64,000 nucleotides of DNA, taken from assembly GCA_040285825.1 (NCBI GenBank), contig JAUPSS010000006.1, positions 1,054,001 to 1,118,000 of the forward strand. The letters run 5' to 3'. Below, one piece after another: positions 23,618-36,969 of this stretch (within the stretch, counting starts at the first letter, position 1; each line of letters begins with the position of its first letter). The notes beneath the pieces were generated by a model, which did no database searches, was not told the DNA's origin, and saw only the letters and a list, made by a program, of their open reading frames with translations. The translations under genes and the position numbers were made by a program. The DNA comes from Eukaryota sp. TZLM1-RC. Taxonomy: Eukaryota; Protista; Metamonada: BaSk clade.

Positions 23618-26600
23618 TTTAATTTTAATTTAATTTTATTCAAAACCTATAAATCAACATCTAAAAATCCATCTCTCCCAGAACAAAAACACTAGATGCA
23701 ACTCTCTCATAGTGAGATCCAAGAGAAAGCAAAGCATCAGAAACCATCTTCAACATCCCCTTAAAAATAGAAAACACAATTCTATTTTGCCAAAACAATC
23801 TGTGGAAATTTCTGCCAGTTCTTCTCTTTACAATCATTTCAAAATCATCCAAAAAAACGTAAAAGCAGTTGGTGCAAGTGAACCAAAAAGGGAAAATACA
23901 AATGGATACAAATTGTATTTTGCATGCTGTAGACTGGCCAATTTGGACAAAGGTTCATTGTATTTTTTGAATTTAAAATTTTCAACATTTGAAAGGGGAT
24001 TATGAATTTCAGAATTAACAAGCCTTTCATTTGAGGCATTACAAGGATCAACAGACATTACATCCAATAAAATGAAGCTTCCATCTAATCCAGGAAATAT
24101 GACATCACCTCTATTATTCTTATGAAAATCATTTTCAGCATCAAACAGATTTGACAACAGAGGTTCCAAGAAGGATTCAATTCTATGAGATTTACACATA
24201 CAATATAACTGGTCTCTTACAGCATCATGAACCTTGCTTCTAAAAGTAATAAAATGTTTACAATTTAACAAATGAGTAGTTGTAATTTCTCGAGAACATT
24301 TACAAATTAAATTATGAGGTAAATTATCAGGCCAGATAAAGGAACGAAATCTCATATTCAGAGTCCAAGCAGAATCGGATAAGAGAGTACCATAAACTTG
24401 TGGAATTGTTGTTACTAAGGCAGAAGAAGTACTGTCACACATATCTTGTAAAAGATTTGCAAAAGCGGGATTCTTTTTCTTGGCCAAGCCAAGTCTAACA
24501 TCAAAATCCAAGCTTTCAAAAATCTTTGACAATTTTTGTTGAAGCTTTTTACAGCAAAACTGTAAATTAAAAAGGGATCGGTTTGGAATTTCTTGAATTG
24601 ATTGAGGAAAACATTTGGTCCAAATTTGTGGCGGCAATTTTTCAAGTTCACAAGATAACTCATACAAATAAGGACTGCAATTGGGAACTAACAGATGAGA
24701 ATCATCAGGAAATCTACGAGAAAATTCATAAATAAAATTTTTGCCTCCACCCAAGAATGCTGATTGACACAAAATTGAAGATTTAGTAAATCCAATACCA
24801 CCCAAATTTGCTGAAGAAAATAAATGGCTTTTCAACATTCCTGGTTCTACATCCAATAAATCAGCAAAAAATTCTGTTCTCAATGAATTAAAAGAACGAC
24901 AAAAATCTAATGCTATGGAAGGAGCACAAGATCTCAAAATGTGGGTTATTCTCCCAGTGTAGCAAATTTGTTAGACTTGGCTTGGCCAAGAAAAAGAATC
25001 CCGCTTTTGCAAATCTTTTACAAGATATGTGTGACAGTACTTCTTCTGCCTTAGTAACAACAATTCCACAAGTTTATGGTACTCTCTTATCCGATTCTGC
25101 TTGGACTCTGAATATGAGATTTCGTTCCTTTATCTGGCCTGATAATTTACCTCATAATTTAATTTGTAAATGTTCTCGAGAAATTACAACTACTCATTTG
25201 TTAAATTGTAAACATTTTATTACTTTTAGAAGCAAGGTTCATGATGCTGTAAGAGACCAGTTATATTGTATGTGTAAATCTCATAGAATTGAATCCTTCT
25301 TGGAACCTCTGTTGTCAAATTTGTTTGATGCTGAAAATGATTTTCATAAGAATAATAGAGGTGATGTCATATTACCTGGATTAGATGGAAGCTTCATTTT
25401 ATTGGATGTAATGTCTGTTGATCCTTGTAATGCCTCAAATGAAAGGCTTGTTAATTCTGAAATTCATAATCCCCTTTCAAATGCTGAAAATTTTAAATTC
25501 AAAAAAATACAATGAACCTTTGTCCAAATTGGCCAGTCTACAGCATGCAAAAATACAATTTGTATCCATTTGTATTTTCCCTTTTGGTTCACTTGCACCA
25601 ACTGCTTTACGTTTTTTTGGATGATTTTTGAAATGATTGTAAAGAGAAGAACTGGTAGAAATTTCAACAGATTGTTTTGGCAAAATAGAATTGTGTTTTC
25701 TATTTTTAAGGGGATGTTGAAGATGGTTTCTGATGCTTTGCTTTCTCTTGGATCTCACTATGAGAGAGTTGCATCTAGTGTTTTTGTTTTGGGAGAGATG
25801 GATTTTTAGATGTTGATTTATAGGTTTAGAATAAAATTAAATTTAAAAAAAAAAGTGTAGCAAATTTTAAGCATAAAAAATTTAATATGCTTTTCTATAT
25901 CTAAAGAAGAAATTGAATCAAGTTCAATTTTCATTTTTTCCAAAATAACTTGCAATTCATTCTGAATTTGAGGCACATTTCCTAACCAACAACCAAGGAA
26001 CTTAAAAGCATCACTACTATAATTAGTAAAAGGGACAATAGAATCGTTTATCACGAGGTCTTGAGCAGAAGAGCCAATCAGAAGGCATTTGCTGGCATTA
26101 AGATGAAGCCCAATATTTTCATATGAATCGGCAATTTCTTGAGCCACCAATTCTAGTAAATCAAATGAACCAATCAAGGATATATCATCCATATAAGCAA
26201 CTATTTTTATAGAAGGGTATTTTTGCTTAATGATACTTAAAGTTTTGTGAATAGCTAAACAAAACAATAATGGGCCTAAAGGATCTCCCTGCTTCACTCC
26301 AGAAGATGATTTAAGAGCAAATGAATTAAAAATTAAATCTGATTCTTTACCATAAAAATGGTAGAAAAAACTCGATAGCTCAGGAAAATCAGATTTAATA
26401 ACTTCAAAAATTGCTTCTCGCTTTTACAGAATTAAAAGCATTTTTTAAAGTCGAGATTAAAAATAAAATTATTTTCCTCTGCATTAAAAAGGTATCAGAG
26501 GCAATAGCAGCAACAGAAGCACCATCAATTGTTTTTGATTCCAAATTGATGAGGATTCAAAAATGTAGAAGCTTTGTCTTTGACACGATCGAAGACAATT

Positions 26601-26706
26601 GATGCCAGCAAACGAGAAAGAGATTCACCAACAGCAATTGGGCGTATTCCATCAGGTTTGATTCCGTTTCCAGGCTTTACTAAAAGCAATCAGACGTGCT
26701 GCGAGT
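23618..26706 (-). mobile_element. Family A 5'-truncated copy, interrupted by A(+)
   Basis: ORFs 25818-26297 and 23834-24937; TSD AACCTTTGGATTTT at 23604-23617 and 26707-26720. Confidence 0.9.
24970..25853 (+). mobile_element. Family A 0.88-kb 3' fragment nested in A(-)
   Basis: TSD AGTGTAGCAAATTT at 24956-24969 and 25854-25867; poly(A). Confidence 0.9.
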
Positions 26707-27962
26707 AACCTTTGGATTTTGATGTTAGACTTGGCTTGGCCAAGAAAAAGAATCCCGCTTTTGCAAATCTTTTTACAAGATATGTGTGACAGTACTTCTT
26801 CTGCCTTAGTAACAACAATTCCACAAGTTTATGGTACTCTCTTATCCGATTCTGCTTGGACTCTGAATATGAGATTTCGTTCCTTTATCTGGCCTGATAA
26901 TTTACCTCATAATTTAATTTGTAAATGTTCTCGAGAAATTACAACTACTCATTTGTTAAATTGTAAACATTTTATTACTTTTTAGAAGCAAGGTTCATGA
27001 TGCTGTAAGAGACCAGTTATATTGTATGTGTAAATCTCATAGAATTGAATCCTTCTTGGAACCTCTGTTGTCAAATCTGTTTGATGCTGAAAATGATTTT
27101 CATAAGAATAATAGAGGTGATGTCATATTACCTGGATTAGATGGAAGCTTCATTTTATTGGATGTAATGTCTGTTGATCCTTGTAATGCCTCAAATGAAA
27201 GGCTTGTTAATTCTGAAATTCATCATCCCCTTTCAAATGCTGAAAATTTTAAATTCAAAAAATACAATGAACCTTTGTCCAAATTGGCCAGTCTACAGCA
27301 TGCAAAATACAATTTGTATCCATTTGTATTTTCCCTTTTTGGTTCACTTGCACCAACTGCTTTACGTTTTTTGGATGATTTTGAAATGATTGTAAAGTGA
27401 AGAACTGGCCATGTAGTGTGCCATGTAGTGTGCCAAATGATTTGATTTGTCGTTGTGGTCAGCTCATTAATCTGAATCATTTATTTAATTGCAAATTTAA
27501 TATTACATATCGCTCAGTTGTTCACGATGCTGTTAGAGACCAACTATACGCTATGTGCAAAAGCCATCACATTGAAGCTTTTGTTGAACCACTTGTGCGA
27601 AGGTTGTCATCTGAAAATGAAAATGAAAATACTTTTGGGAAACGCCGTGCTGATTTAATTACCCCTGCGTCTGATGGTGTTATTAAAGTTGTTGATGTTG
27701 TCACTGTTGATGTTTGTAAAGACTCAGCAATTGACTTTGCTAAAAGAGATGAAACTCCACTTTGCTTTGCTGAAAAGAGCAAAAATCAAAAAGTACAATG
27801 AACCCTTATCTCAGCTAGGACGTGTTGAGCATGTTAAGTATCAGTTGGTTCCATTTGCTGTTTCTCTTTTTGGTAACATTGGAATATCTGGCATTAAATT
27901 TCTTGAAGGTTTCAGAAGTTTAATAAAAGAAAGAGCAGGAAAAGAATTGAACTTCAATTTCT

Positions 27963-30695
27963 TTTTTTTTTACCAAAATTTTAATTTTATTCAAAACCTA
28001 TAAATCAACATCTAAAAAAATCCATCTCTCCCAGAACAAAAACACTAGATGCAACTCTTTCATAGTGAGATCCAAGAGAAAGCAAAGCATCAGAAACCAT
28101 CTTCAACATCCCCTTAAAAATAGAAAAACACAATTCTATTTTTGCCAAAACAATCTGTTGAAATTTCTGCCAGTTCTTCTCTTTACAATCATTTCAAAAT
28201 CATCCAAAAAAACGTAAAGCAGTTGGTGCAAGTGAACCAAAAGGGAAAATACAAATGGATACAAATTGTATTTTTGCATGCTGTAGACTGGCCAATTTAG
28301 ACAAAGGTTCATTGTATTTTTTTGAATTTAAAATTTTCAGCATTTGAAAGGGGATCATGAATTTCAGAATTAACTAGCCTTTCATTTGAGGCATTACAAG
28401 GATCAACAGACATTACATCCAATAGAATGAAGCTTCCATCTAATCCAGGTAATATGACATCACCTCTATTATTCTTATGAAAATCATCTTCAGCATCAAA
28501 CAGATTTGACAACAGAGGTTCCAAGAAGGATTCAATTCTATGAGATTTACACATACAATATAACTGGTCTCTTACAGCATCATGAACCTTGCTTCTAAAA
28601 AGTAATAAAATGTTTACAATTTAACAAATGAGTAGTTGTAATTTCTCGAGAACATTTACAAATTAAATTATGAGGTAAATTATCAGGCCAGATAAAGGAA
28701 CGAAATCTCATATTCAGAGTCCAAGCAGAATCGGATAAGAGAGTACCATAAACTTGTGGAATTGTTGTTACTAAGGCAGAAGAAGTACTGTCACACATAT
28801 CTTGTAAAAAGATTTGCAAAGCGGGATTCTTTTTCTTGGCCAAGCCAAGTCTAACATCAAAATCCAAGCTTTCAAAAATCTTTGACAATTTTTGTTGAAG
28901 CTTTTTACAGCAAAACTGTAAATTAAAAAGAGATCGGTTTGGAATTTCTTGAATTGATTGAGGAAAACATTTGGTCCAAATTTGTGGCGGCAATTTTTCA
29001 AGTTCACAAGATAACTCATACAAATAGGGACTGCAATTGGGAACTAACAGATGAGAATCATCAGGAAATCTACGACAAAATTCATAAATAAAATTTTTGC
29101 CACCACCCAAGAATGCTGATTGACACAAAATTGAAGATTTAGTAAATCCAATACCCCCCAAATTTGCTGAAGAAAATAAGTGACTTTTCAACATTCCTGG
29201 TTCTACATCCAATAAATCAGCAAAAAATTCTGTTCTCAATGAATTGAATGAACGACAAAAATCTAATGCTATGGAAGGAGCACAAGATCTCAAAATGTGG
29301 GTTATTCTCCCAGTGTAGCAAATTTTAAGCATGAAAAATTTAATATGCTTTTCTATATCTAAAGAAGAAATTGAATCAAGTTCAATTTTCATTTTTTCCA
29401 AAATAACTTGCAATTCATTCTGAATTTGAGGCACATTTCCTAACCAACAACCAAGGAACTTAAAAGCATCACTACTATAATTAGTAAAAGGGACAATAGA
29501 ATCGTTTATCACGAGGTCTTGAGCAGAAGAGCCAATCAGAAGGCATTTGCTGGCATTAAGATGAAGCCCAATATTTTCATATGAATCGGCAATTTCTTGA
29601 GCAATTAATTCTAGTAAATCAAATGAACCAATCAAGGATATATCATCCATATAAGCAACTATTTTTATAGAAGGGTATTTTTGCTTAATGATATTTAAAG
29701 TTTTGTGAATAGCTAAACAAAACAATAATGGGCCTAAAGGATCTCCCTGCTTCACTCCAGAAGATGATTTAAGAGCAAATGAATTAAAATTAAATCTGAT
29801 TCTCTACCATAAAAATGGTAGAAAAAAACTCGATAGCTCAGGAAAATCAGATTTAATAACTTCAAAAATTGCTTCTCGCTTTACAGAATTAAAAGCATTT
29901 TTAAAGTCGAGATTAAAAATAAAATTATTTTCCTCTGCATTAAAAAAGGTATCAGAGGCAATAGCAGCAACAGAAGCACCATCAATTGTTTTGATTCCAA
30001 ATTGATGAGGATTCAAAAATGTAGAAGCTTTGTCTTTGACACGATCGAAGACAATTGATGCTAGCAAACGAGAAAGAGATTCACCAACAGCAATTGGGCG
30101 TATTCCATCAGGTTTGATTCCGTTTCCAGGCTTTACTAAAGCAATCAGACGTGCTGCGAGTAATTCAAATGGAGGATTAATTTTCAAAACAATTAATTGT
30201 TGAAAATAGTGGGCTAGATCATCAGCAATTTCGGGAACACTGGAACACGCTATTTTTAAGAGATCAAAAGAAATTCCAGATGGGCCTGCTGCTTTCCCCT
30301 TAGGTAATTTTTGAATAGCTGTAAGAACTTCAATTGCAGTAATAGGATTTTCAATCCAAAAAGGACACACTTCAGGCTTGCTGCACTTGAAATTTTCTTG
30401 AGGATGCAACTTTTGAAGTTTTTCAAGGGTATCAGAGTTTGCATCAGCCAAAGAAGAGGAAAACAAAGACTGCTTTGCGGCACCATAACGACCACGTAAG
30501 CACAATTTACGGCAAATTTTTGATTTTACAATTTTTCTATTTCCAAATTTTTTCTTAAAACAATTTTTGTTTTTTCTAGCAAAATATTTCCAGAAGGATG
30601 AAATATTCCACTTATTATTTTTCAATTCAGAAGTAAAATTTCTCATTTCCATTGAGAAGGGGATTGTGCTGGCGGGACTTATTTCTACTGGGATC
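27963..30695 (-). mobile_element. Family A long 5'-truncated copy (about 2.73 kb) nested in F
   Basis: ORFs 29804-30652, 28595-29755 and 28309-28554; TSD CTTCAATTTCT at 27952-27962 and 30696-30706. Confidence 0.92.
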
Positions 30696-30714
30696 CTTCA
30701 ATTTCTGGCACAAT

Positions 30715-31131
30715 TTTTTTTTTAAAAAAAATTTAATTTTATTCTAAACCTATAAATCAACATCTAAAAAATCCATCTCTCCCAAAACAAAAACACTAGA
30801 TGCAACTCTCTCATAGTGAGATCCAAGAGAAAGCAAAGCATCAGAAACCATCTTCAACATCCCCTTAAAAATAGAAAACACAATTCTATTTTGCCAAAAC
30901 AATCTGTTGAAATTTCTGCCAGTTCTTCTCTTTACAATCATTTCAAAATCATCCAAAAAACGTAAAGCAGTTGGTGCAAGTGAACCAAAAAGGGAAAATA
31001 CAAATGGATACAAATTGTATTTTGCATGCTGTAGACTGGCCAATTTGGACAAAGGTTCATTGTATTTTTTGAATTTAAAATTTTCAGCATTTGAAAGGGG
31101 ATTATGAATTTCAGAATTAACAAGCCTTTCA
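30715..31131 (-). mobile_element. Family A 0.42-kb 3' fragment nested in F
   Basis: TSD TCTGGCACAAT at 30704-30714 and 31132-31142. Confidence 0.9.
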
Positions 31132-31331
31132 TCTGGCACAATAGAATTGTTTTCAGTATTCTTAAAGCAATTCCAGAAATGTTGACCAAAGCACTGTTAC
31201 AATTAGGAATAGAGTATGAAAATCGCGCGCTTAAAAGATTTGATGATGTTGATGCGTGTATTGAGGATATTGAGTTCTAGTTTTTTGTTTAATGTTTTGT
31301 TAGCGTTGAAAATAAATTTATCCTATTTTGT

Positions 31332-31635
31332 TTTTTTTTAATTTAATTTTAATTTATTTTCAAAACCACAGTCTAAAAGTCTATATCTTCAAAACAAGCT
31401 TCCACACCATCAAACCTTACAGCAGCAATGTTTTCATAATGTGCACTGACAGACATTAAAGCTTTCGAAATCATTTTAGAAATTGATTTGAAAATAGTAA
31501 AAACAATACGATTTAGCCACAAGCGACGATCAAAACGCTTATTCATTCTTTTTTTCACAAGATTTTCAAAATCATCAATAAAATTCAAAGCAGTTTTTCC
31601 AAGACGACCATACAACGATATAGCAAATGGGCAAT
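31332..31635 (-). mobile_element. Family B (variant B2) 0.3-kb 3' fragment in the F 3' UTR
   Basis: KTALNF and HYENIAAVRF variants; TSD TCCTATTTTGT at 31321-31331 and 31636-31646. Confidence 0.88.
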
Positions 31636-31860
31636 TCCTATTTTGTAAAAAAAAGAACTGGCAGAAATTTCAACAGATTGTTTTGGCAAAATAGAATTGT
31701 GTTTTCTATTTTTAAGGGGATGTTGAAGATGGTTTCTGATGCTTTGCTTTCTCTTGGATCTCACTATGAGAGAGTTGCATCTAGTGTTTTTGTTTTGGGA
31801 GAGATGGATTTTTTAGATGTTGATTTATAGGTTTTGAATAAAATTAAATTTTAAAAAAAA

Positions 31861-33190
31861 TGAACCTTTGTCCAAATTGGCCAGTCTACAGCATGCAAAA
31901 TACAATTTGTATCCATTTGTACTTTCCCTTTTTGGTTCACTTGCACCAACTGCTTTACGTTTTTTGGATGATTTTGAAATGATTGTAAAAAGGTGTTGGA
32001 TTCAATTCATCAAAATATTTGACCAAAGCTGCATTTATTGGTGGTGGAAAAAATTTTGTATTTGAATTCTCTAGAAGATATCCTTTTGCCGAAAATCTTC
32101 TTGAAACTACAAATAGCTTATTCCTCGATAACTTAAGAGAAGAAATATCCAGTTTATCTCCCGACTTATGGCAATCATGTTTCCCCATATCCATTCAAGA
32201 AATTCCAGACAGAAGTTTGTATTCATTAAAATTTGCGTTGAAAAAGCTCCAACGACATCTTTTGAGAAAATTTGAAAGCAAGGATTTTATTGTTCGACTT
32301 AGCACGGCTAAGAAAGAAAATCCTGCTTTTGCCAATTTTTTGATTGATTTGAAGGACAGTTCATCTGCAGTTTTGATAAATCAAATTCCCCAGATTTATG
32401 GTCTATTTTTGAATGACGACCAATGGACCACTGCTATAAGAATGCGTTGTTATTTATGGCCTTGTAATTTGCCCAATGATTTGTTTTGTAAATGTGGAGC
32501 TGGTTTGACATTATCACATTTATTTAATTGTAATAGATTTATTTCCTATCGTTCTACGTTGCATGATGCAGTCAGAGATCAAATCCATGCAATGTGTAAT
32601 TCCTATCATATTGAATCTTTTGTAGAACCTTTGTTGAGGTCTCTTGATATAAATGAAAGCGTAAGAGATGCAGAATATGGAAAACGACGTGCTGATGTTG
32701 TTGTGCCCTCGTTTGATGATGTCATGAATGTTGTTGATGTCGTAACAGTGGATGTTTGCAAGAAAAATGCCTTGAAAAATGCTCAATCTGAAGTATCCCC
32801 CCTTGATGACTCCGAATTGTACAAACGGAAAAAATATGCAAATCCTTTAAAAGAATTGAAACATGTTCGCCATGTAGATTACCAAATTTGCCCATTTGCT
32901 ATATCGTTGTATGGTCGTCTTGGAAAAACTGCTATGAATTTTATTGATGATTTTGAAAATCTTGTGAAAAGAAGAATGAATAAGCGTTTTGATCGTCGCT
33001 TGTGGCTAAATCGTATTGTTTTTACTATTTTCAAATCAATTCCTAAAATGATTTCGAAAGCTTTGATGTCTGTCAGTGCACATTACGAAGAAATTGCTGT
33101 TGTGTGGTTTGATGGTGTGGAAGCTTGTTTTGAAGATATTGACTTTTAGACTGTAGTTTAACAATAAATTAAAATTTTTCATTAAAAAAA
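31861..33190 (+). repeat. Scaffold monomer (short A segment plus family B fragment; ORF 32019-33149)
   Basis: Same A/B junction GATTGTAAAAAGGTGTTGG as in the other monomers. Confidence 0.9.
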
Positions 33191-33216
33191 TACAATGAAC
33201 CTTTGGATTTTTTTTT

Positions 33217-33220
<4 letters not shown>

Positions 33221-33255
<35 letters not shown>

Positions 33256-35614
33256 TTTAATTTTATTCTAAACCTATAAATCAACATCTAAAAAATCCAT
33301 CTCTCCCAAAACAAAAACACTAGATGCAACTCTCTCATAGTGAGATCCAAGAGAAAGCAAAGCATCAGAAACCATCTTCAACATCCCCTTAAAAATAGAA
33401 AACACAATTCTATTTTGCCAAAACAATCTGTTGAAATTTCTGCCAGTTCTTCTCTTTACAATCATTTCAAAATCATCCAAAAAACGTAAAGCAGTTGGTG
33501 CAAGTGAACCAAAAAGGGAAAATACAAATGGATACAAATTGTATTTTGCATGCTGTAGACTGGCCAATTTGGACAAAGGTTCATTGTATTTTTGAATTTA
33601 AAATTTTCAGCATTTGAAAGGGGATTATGAATTTCAGAATTAACAAGCCTTTCATTTGAGGCATTACAAGGATCAACAGACATTACATCCAATAAAATAA
33701 AGCTTCCATCTAATCCAGGTAATATGACATCACCTCTATTATTCTTATGAAAATCATTTTCAGCATCAAACAGATTTGACAACAGAGGTTCCAAGAAGGA
33801 TTCAATTCTATGAGATTTACACATACAATATAACTGGTCTCTTACAGCATCATGAACCTTGCTTCTAAAAAGTAATAAAATGTTTACAATTTAACAAATG
33901 AGTAGGTGTAATTTCTCGAGAACATTTACAAATTAAATTATGAGGTAAATTATCAGGCCAGATAAAGGAACGAAATCTCATATTCAGAGTCCAAGCAGAA
34001 TCGGATAAGAGAGTACCATATACTTGCGGAATTGTTGTTACTAAGGCAGAAGAAGTACTGTCACACATATCTTGTAAAAAGATTTGCAAAAGCGGGATTC
34101 TTTTTCTTGGCCAAGCCAAGTCTAACATCAAAATCCAAGCTTTCAAAAATCTTTGACAATTTTTGTTGAAGCTTTTTACAGCAAAACTGTAAATTAAATA
34201 GAGATCGGTTTGGAATTTCTTGAATTGATTGAGGAAAGCATTTGGTCCAAATTTGTGGCGGTAATTTTTCAAGTTCACAAGATAACTCATACAAATAGGG
34301 ACTACAATTGGGGACTAACAGATGAGAATCATCAGGAAATCTACGAGAAAATTCATAAATAAAATTTTTGCCACCACCCAAGAATGCTGATTGACACAAA
34401 ATTGAAGATTTAGTAAAACCAATACCACCCAAATTTGCTGAAGAAAATAAATGGCTTTTCAACATTCCTGGTTCTACATCCAATAAATCAGCAAAAAATT
34501 CTGTTCTCAATGAATTAAAAGAACGACAAAAATCTAATGCTATGGAAGGAGCACAAGATCTCAAAATGTGGGTTATTCTCCCAGTGTAGCAAATTTTAAG
34601 CATGAAAAATTTAATATGCTTTTCTATATCTAAAGAAGAAATTGAATCAAGTTCAATTTTCATTTTTTCCAAAATAACTTGCAATTCATTCTGAATTTGA
34701 GGCACATTTCCTAACCAACAACCAAGGAACTTAAAAGCATCACTACTATAATTAGTAAAAGGGACAATAGAATCGTTTATCACGAGGTCTTGAGCAGAAG
34801 AGCCAATCAGAAGGCATTTGCTGGCATTAAGATGAAGCCCAATATTTTCATATGAATCGGCAATTTCTTGAGCAACCAATTCTAGTAAATCAAATGAACC
34901 AATCAAGGATATATCATCCATATAAGCAACTATTTTTATAGAAGGGTATTTTTGCTTAATGATATTTAAAGTTTTGTGAATAGCTAAACAAAACAATAAT
35001 GGGCCTAAAGGATCTCCCTGCTTCACTCCAGAAGATGATTTAAGACCAAATGAATTAAAAATTAAATCTGATTCTTTCCCATAAAAATGGAAGAAAAAAA
35101 CTCGACAGCTCAGGAAAATCAGATTTAATAACTTCAAAAATTGCTTCTCGCTTTACAGAATTAAAAGCATTTTTAAAGTCGAGATTAAAAATAAGATTAT
35201 TTTCCTCTGCATTAAAAAAGGTATCAGAGGCAATAGCAGCAACAGAAGCACCATCAATTGTTTTGATTCCAAATTGATGAGGATTCAAAAATGTAGAGGC
35301 TTTGTCTTTGACACGATCGAAGACAATTGATGCCAGCAAACGAGAAAGAGATTCACCAACAGCAATTGGGCGTATTCCATCAGGTTTGATTCCGTTTCCA
35401 GGCTTTACTAAAGCAATCAGACGTGCTGCGAGCAATTCAAATGGAGGATTTATTTTCAAAACAATTAATTGTTGAAAATAGTGGGCTAGATCATCAGAAA
35501 TTTCGGGAGCACTGGAACACGCTATTTTTAAGAGATCAAAAGAAATTCCAGATGGGCCTGCTGCTTTCCCCTTAGGTAATTTTTGAATAGCTTTAAGAAC
35601 CTCAATTGCAATAA
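33221..35614 (-). mobile_element. Family A 5'-truncated copy with a long (about 30 nt) poly(A), inserted into the tail of another A
   Basis: ORFs 35055-35459, 34061-35137 and 33274-33576; approximate TSD TTTTTTAATTTT. Confidence 0.85.
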
Positions 35615-36969
35615 TTTTTTAATTTTAATTTTAATTTTATTCAAAACCTATAAATCAACATCTAAAAAATCCATCTCTCCCAGAACAAAAACACTAGATG
35701 CAACTCTCTCATAGTGAGATCCAAGAGAAAGCAAAGCATCAGAAACCATCTTCAACATCCCCTTAAAAATAGAAAACACAATTCTATTTTGCCAAAACAA
35801 TCTGTGGAAATTTCTGCCAGTTCTTCTCTTTACAATCATTTCAAAATCATCCAAAAAACGTAAAGCAGTTGGTGCAAGTGAACCAAAAGGGAAAATACAA
35901 ATGGATACAAATTGTATTTTTGCATGCTGTAGACTGGCCAATTTGGACAAAGGTTCATTGTATTTTTTGAATTTAAAATTTTCAGCATTTGAAAGGGGAT
36001 TATGAATTTCAGAATTAACAAGCCTTTCATTTGAGGCATTACAAGGATCAACAGACATTACATCCAATAAAATGAAGCTTCCATCTAATCCAGGTAATAT
36101 GACATCACCTCTATTATTCTTATGAAAATCATTTTCAGCATCAAACAGATTTGACAACAGAGGTTCCAAGAAGGATTCAATTCTATGAGATTTACACATA
36201 CAATATAACTGGTCTCTTACAGCATCATGAACCTTGCTTCTAAAAGTAATAAAATGTTTACAATTTAACAAATGAGTAGTTGTAATTTCTCGAGAACATT
36301 TACAAATTAAATTATGAGGTAAATTATCAGGCCAGATAAAGGAACGAAATCTCATATTCAGAGTCCAAGCAGAATCGGATAAGAGAGTACCATAAACTTG
36401 TGGAATTGTTGTTACTAAGGCAGAAGAAGTACTGTCACACATATCTTGTAAAAAGATTTGCAAAAGCGGGATTCTTTTTCTTGGCCAAGCCAAGTCTAAC
36501 ATCAAAATCCAAGCTTTCAAAAATCTTTGACAATTTTTGTTGAAGCTTTTTACAGCAAAACTGTAAATTAAAAAGGGATCGGTTTGGAATTTCTTGAATT
36601 GATTGAGGAAAACATTTGGTCCAAATTTGTGGCGGCAATTTTTCAAGTTCACAAGATAACTCATACAAATAAGGACTGCAATTGGGAACTAACAGATGAG
36701 AATCATCAGGAAATCTACGAGAAAATTCATAAATAAAATTTTGCCTCCACCCAAGAATGCTGATTGACACAAAATTGAAGATTTAGTAAATCCAATACCA
36801 CCCAAATTTGCTGAAGAAAATAAATGGCTTTTCAACATTCCTGGTTCTACATCCAATAAATCAGCAAAAAATTCTGTTCTCAATGAATTAAAAGAACGAC
36901 AAAAATCTAATGCTATGGAAGGAGCACAAGATCTCAAAATGTGGGTTATTCTCCCAGTGTAGCAAATTT
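35615..36969 (-). mobile_element. Family A fragment, duplicate of 23618-24969
   Basis: Same diagnostic variants (RNFHRL, AAAGGGATC) and the same junction to A(+). Confidence 0.88.

Larger units (their letters stand above)
27410..31652 (+). mobile_element. Family F 5'-truncated copy (about 0.77 kb of its own sequence) carrying three nested insertions
   Basis: WPCSVPNDLICRCG..HLFNC, RRADLITP (27397-28003) and ..DACIEDIEF* (stop at about 31280); poly(A) at 31647-31654. Confidence 0.87.
26707..31860 (+). mobile_element. Family A 0.9-kb scaffold fragment (26707-27409 plus 31653-31860), split by family F
   Basis: A sequence stops at AAGAACTGGC (27400-27409) and resumes at the same 10-mer (31653-31662). 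Confidence 0.87.
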
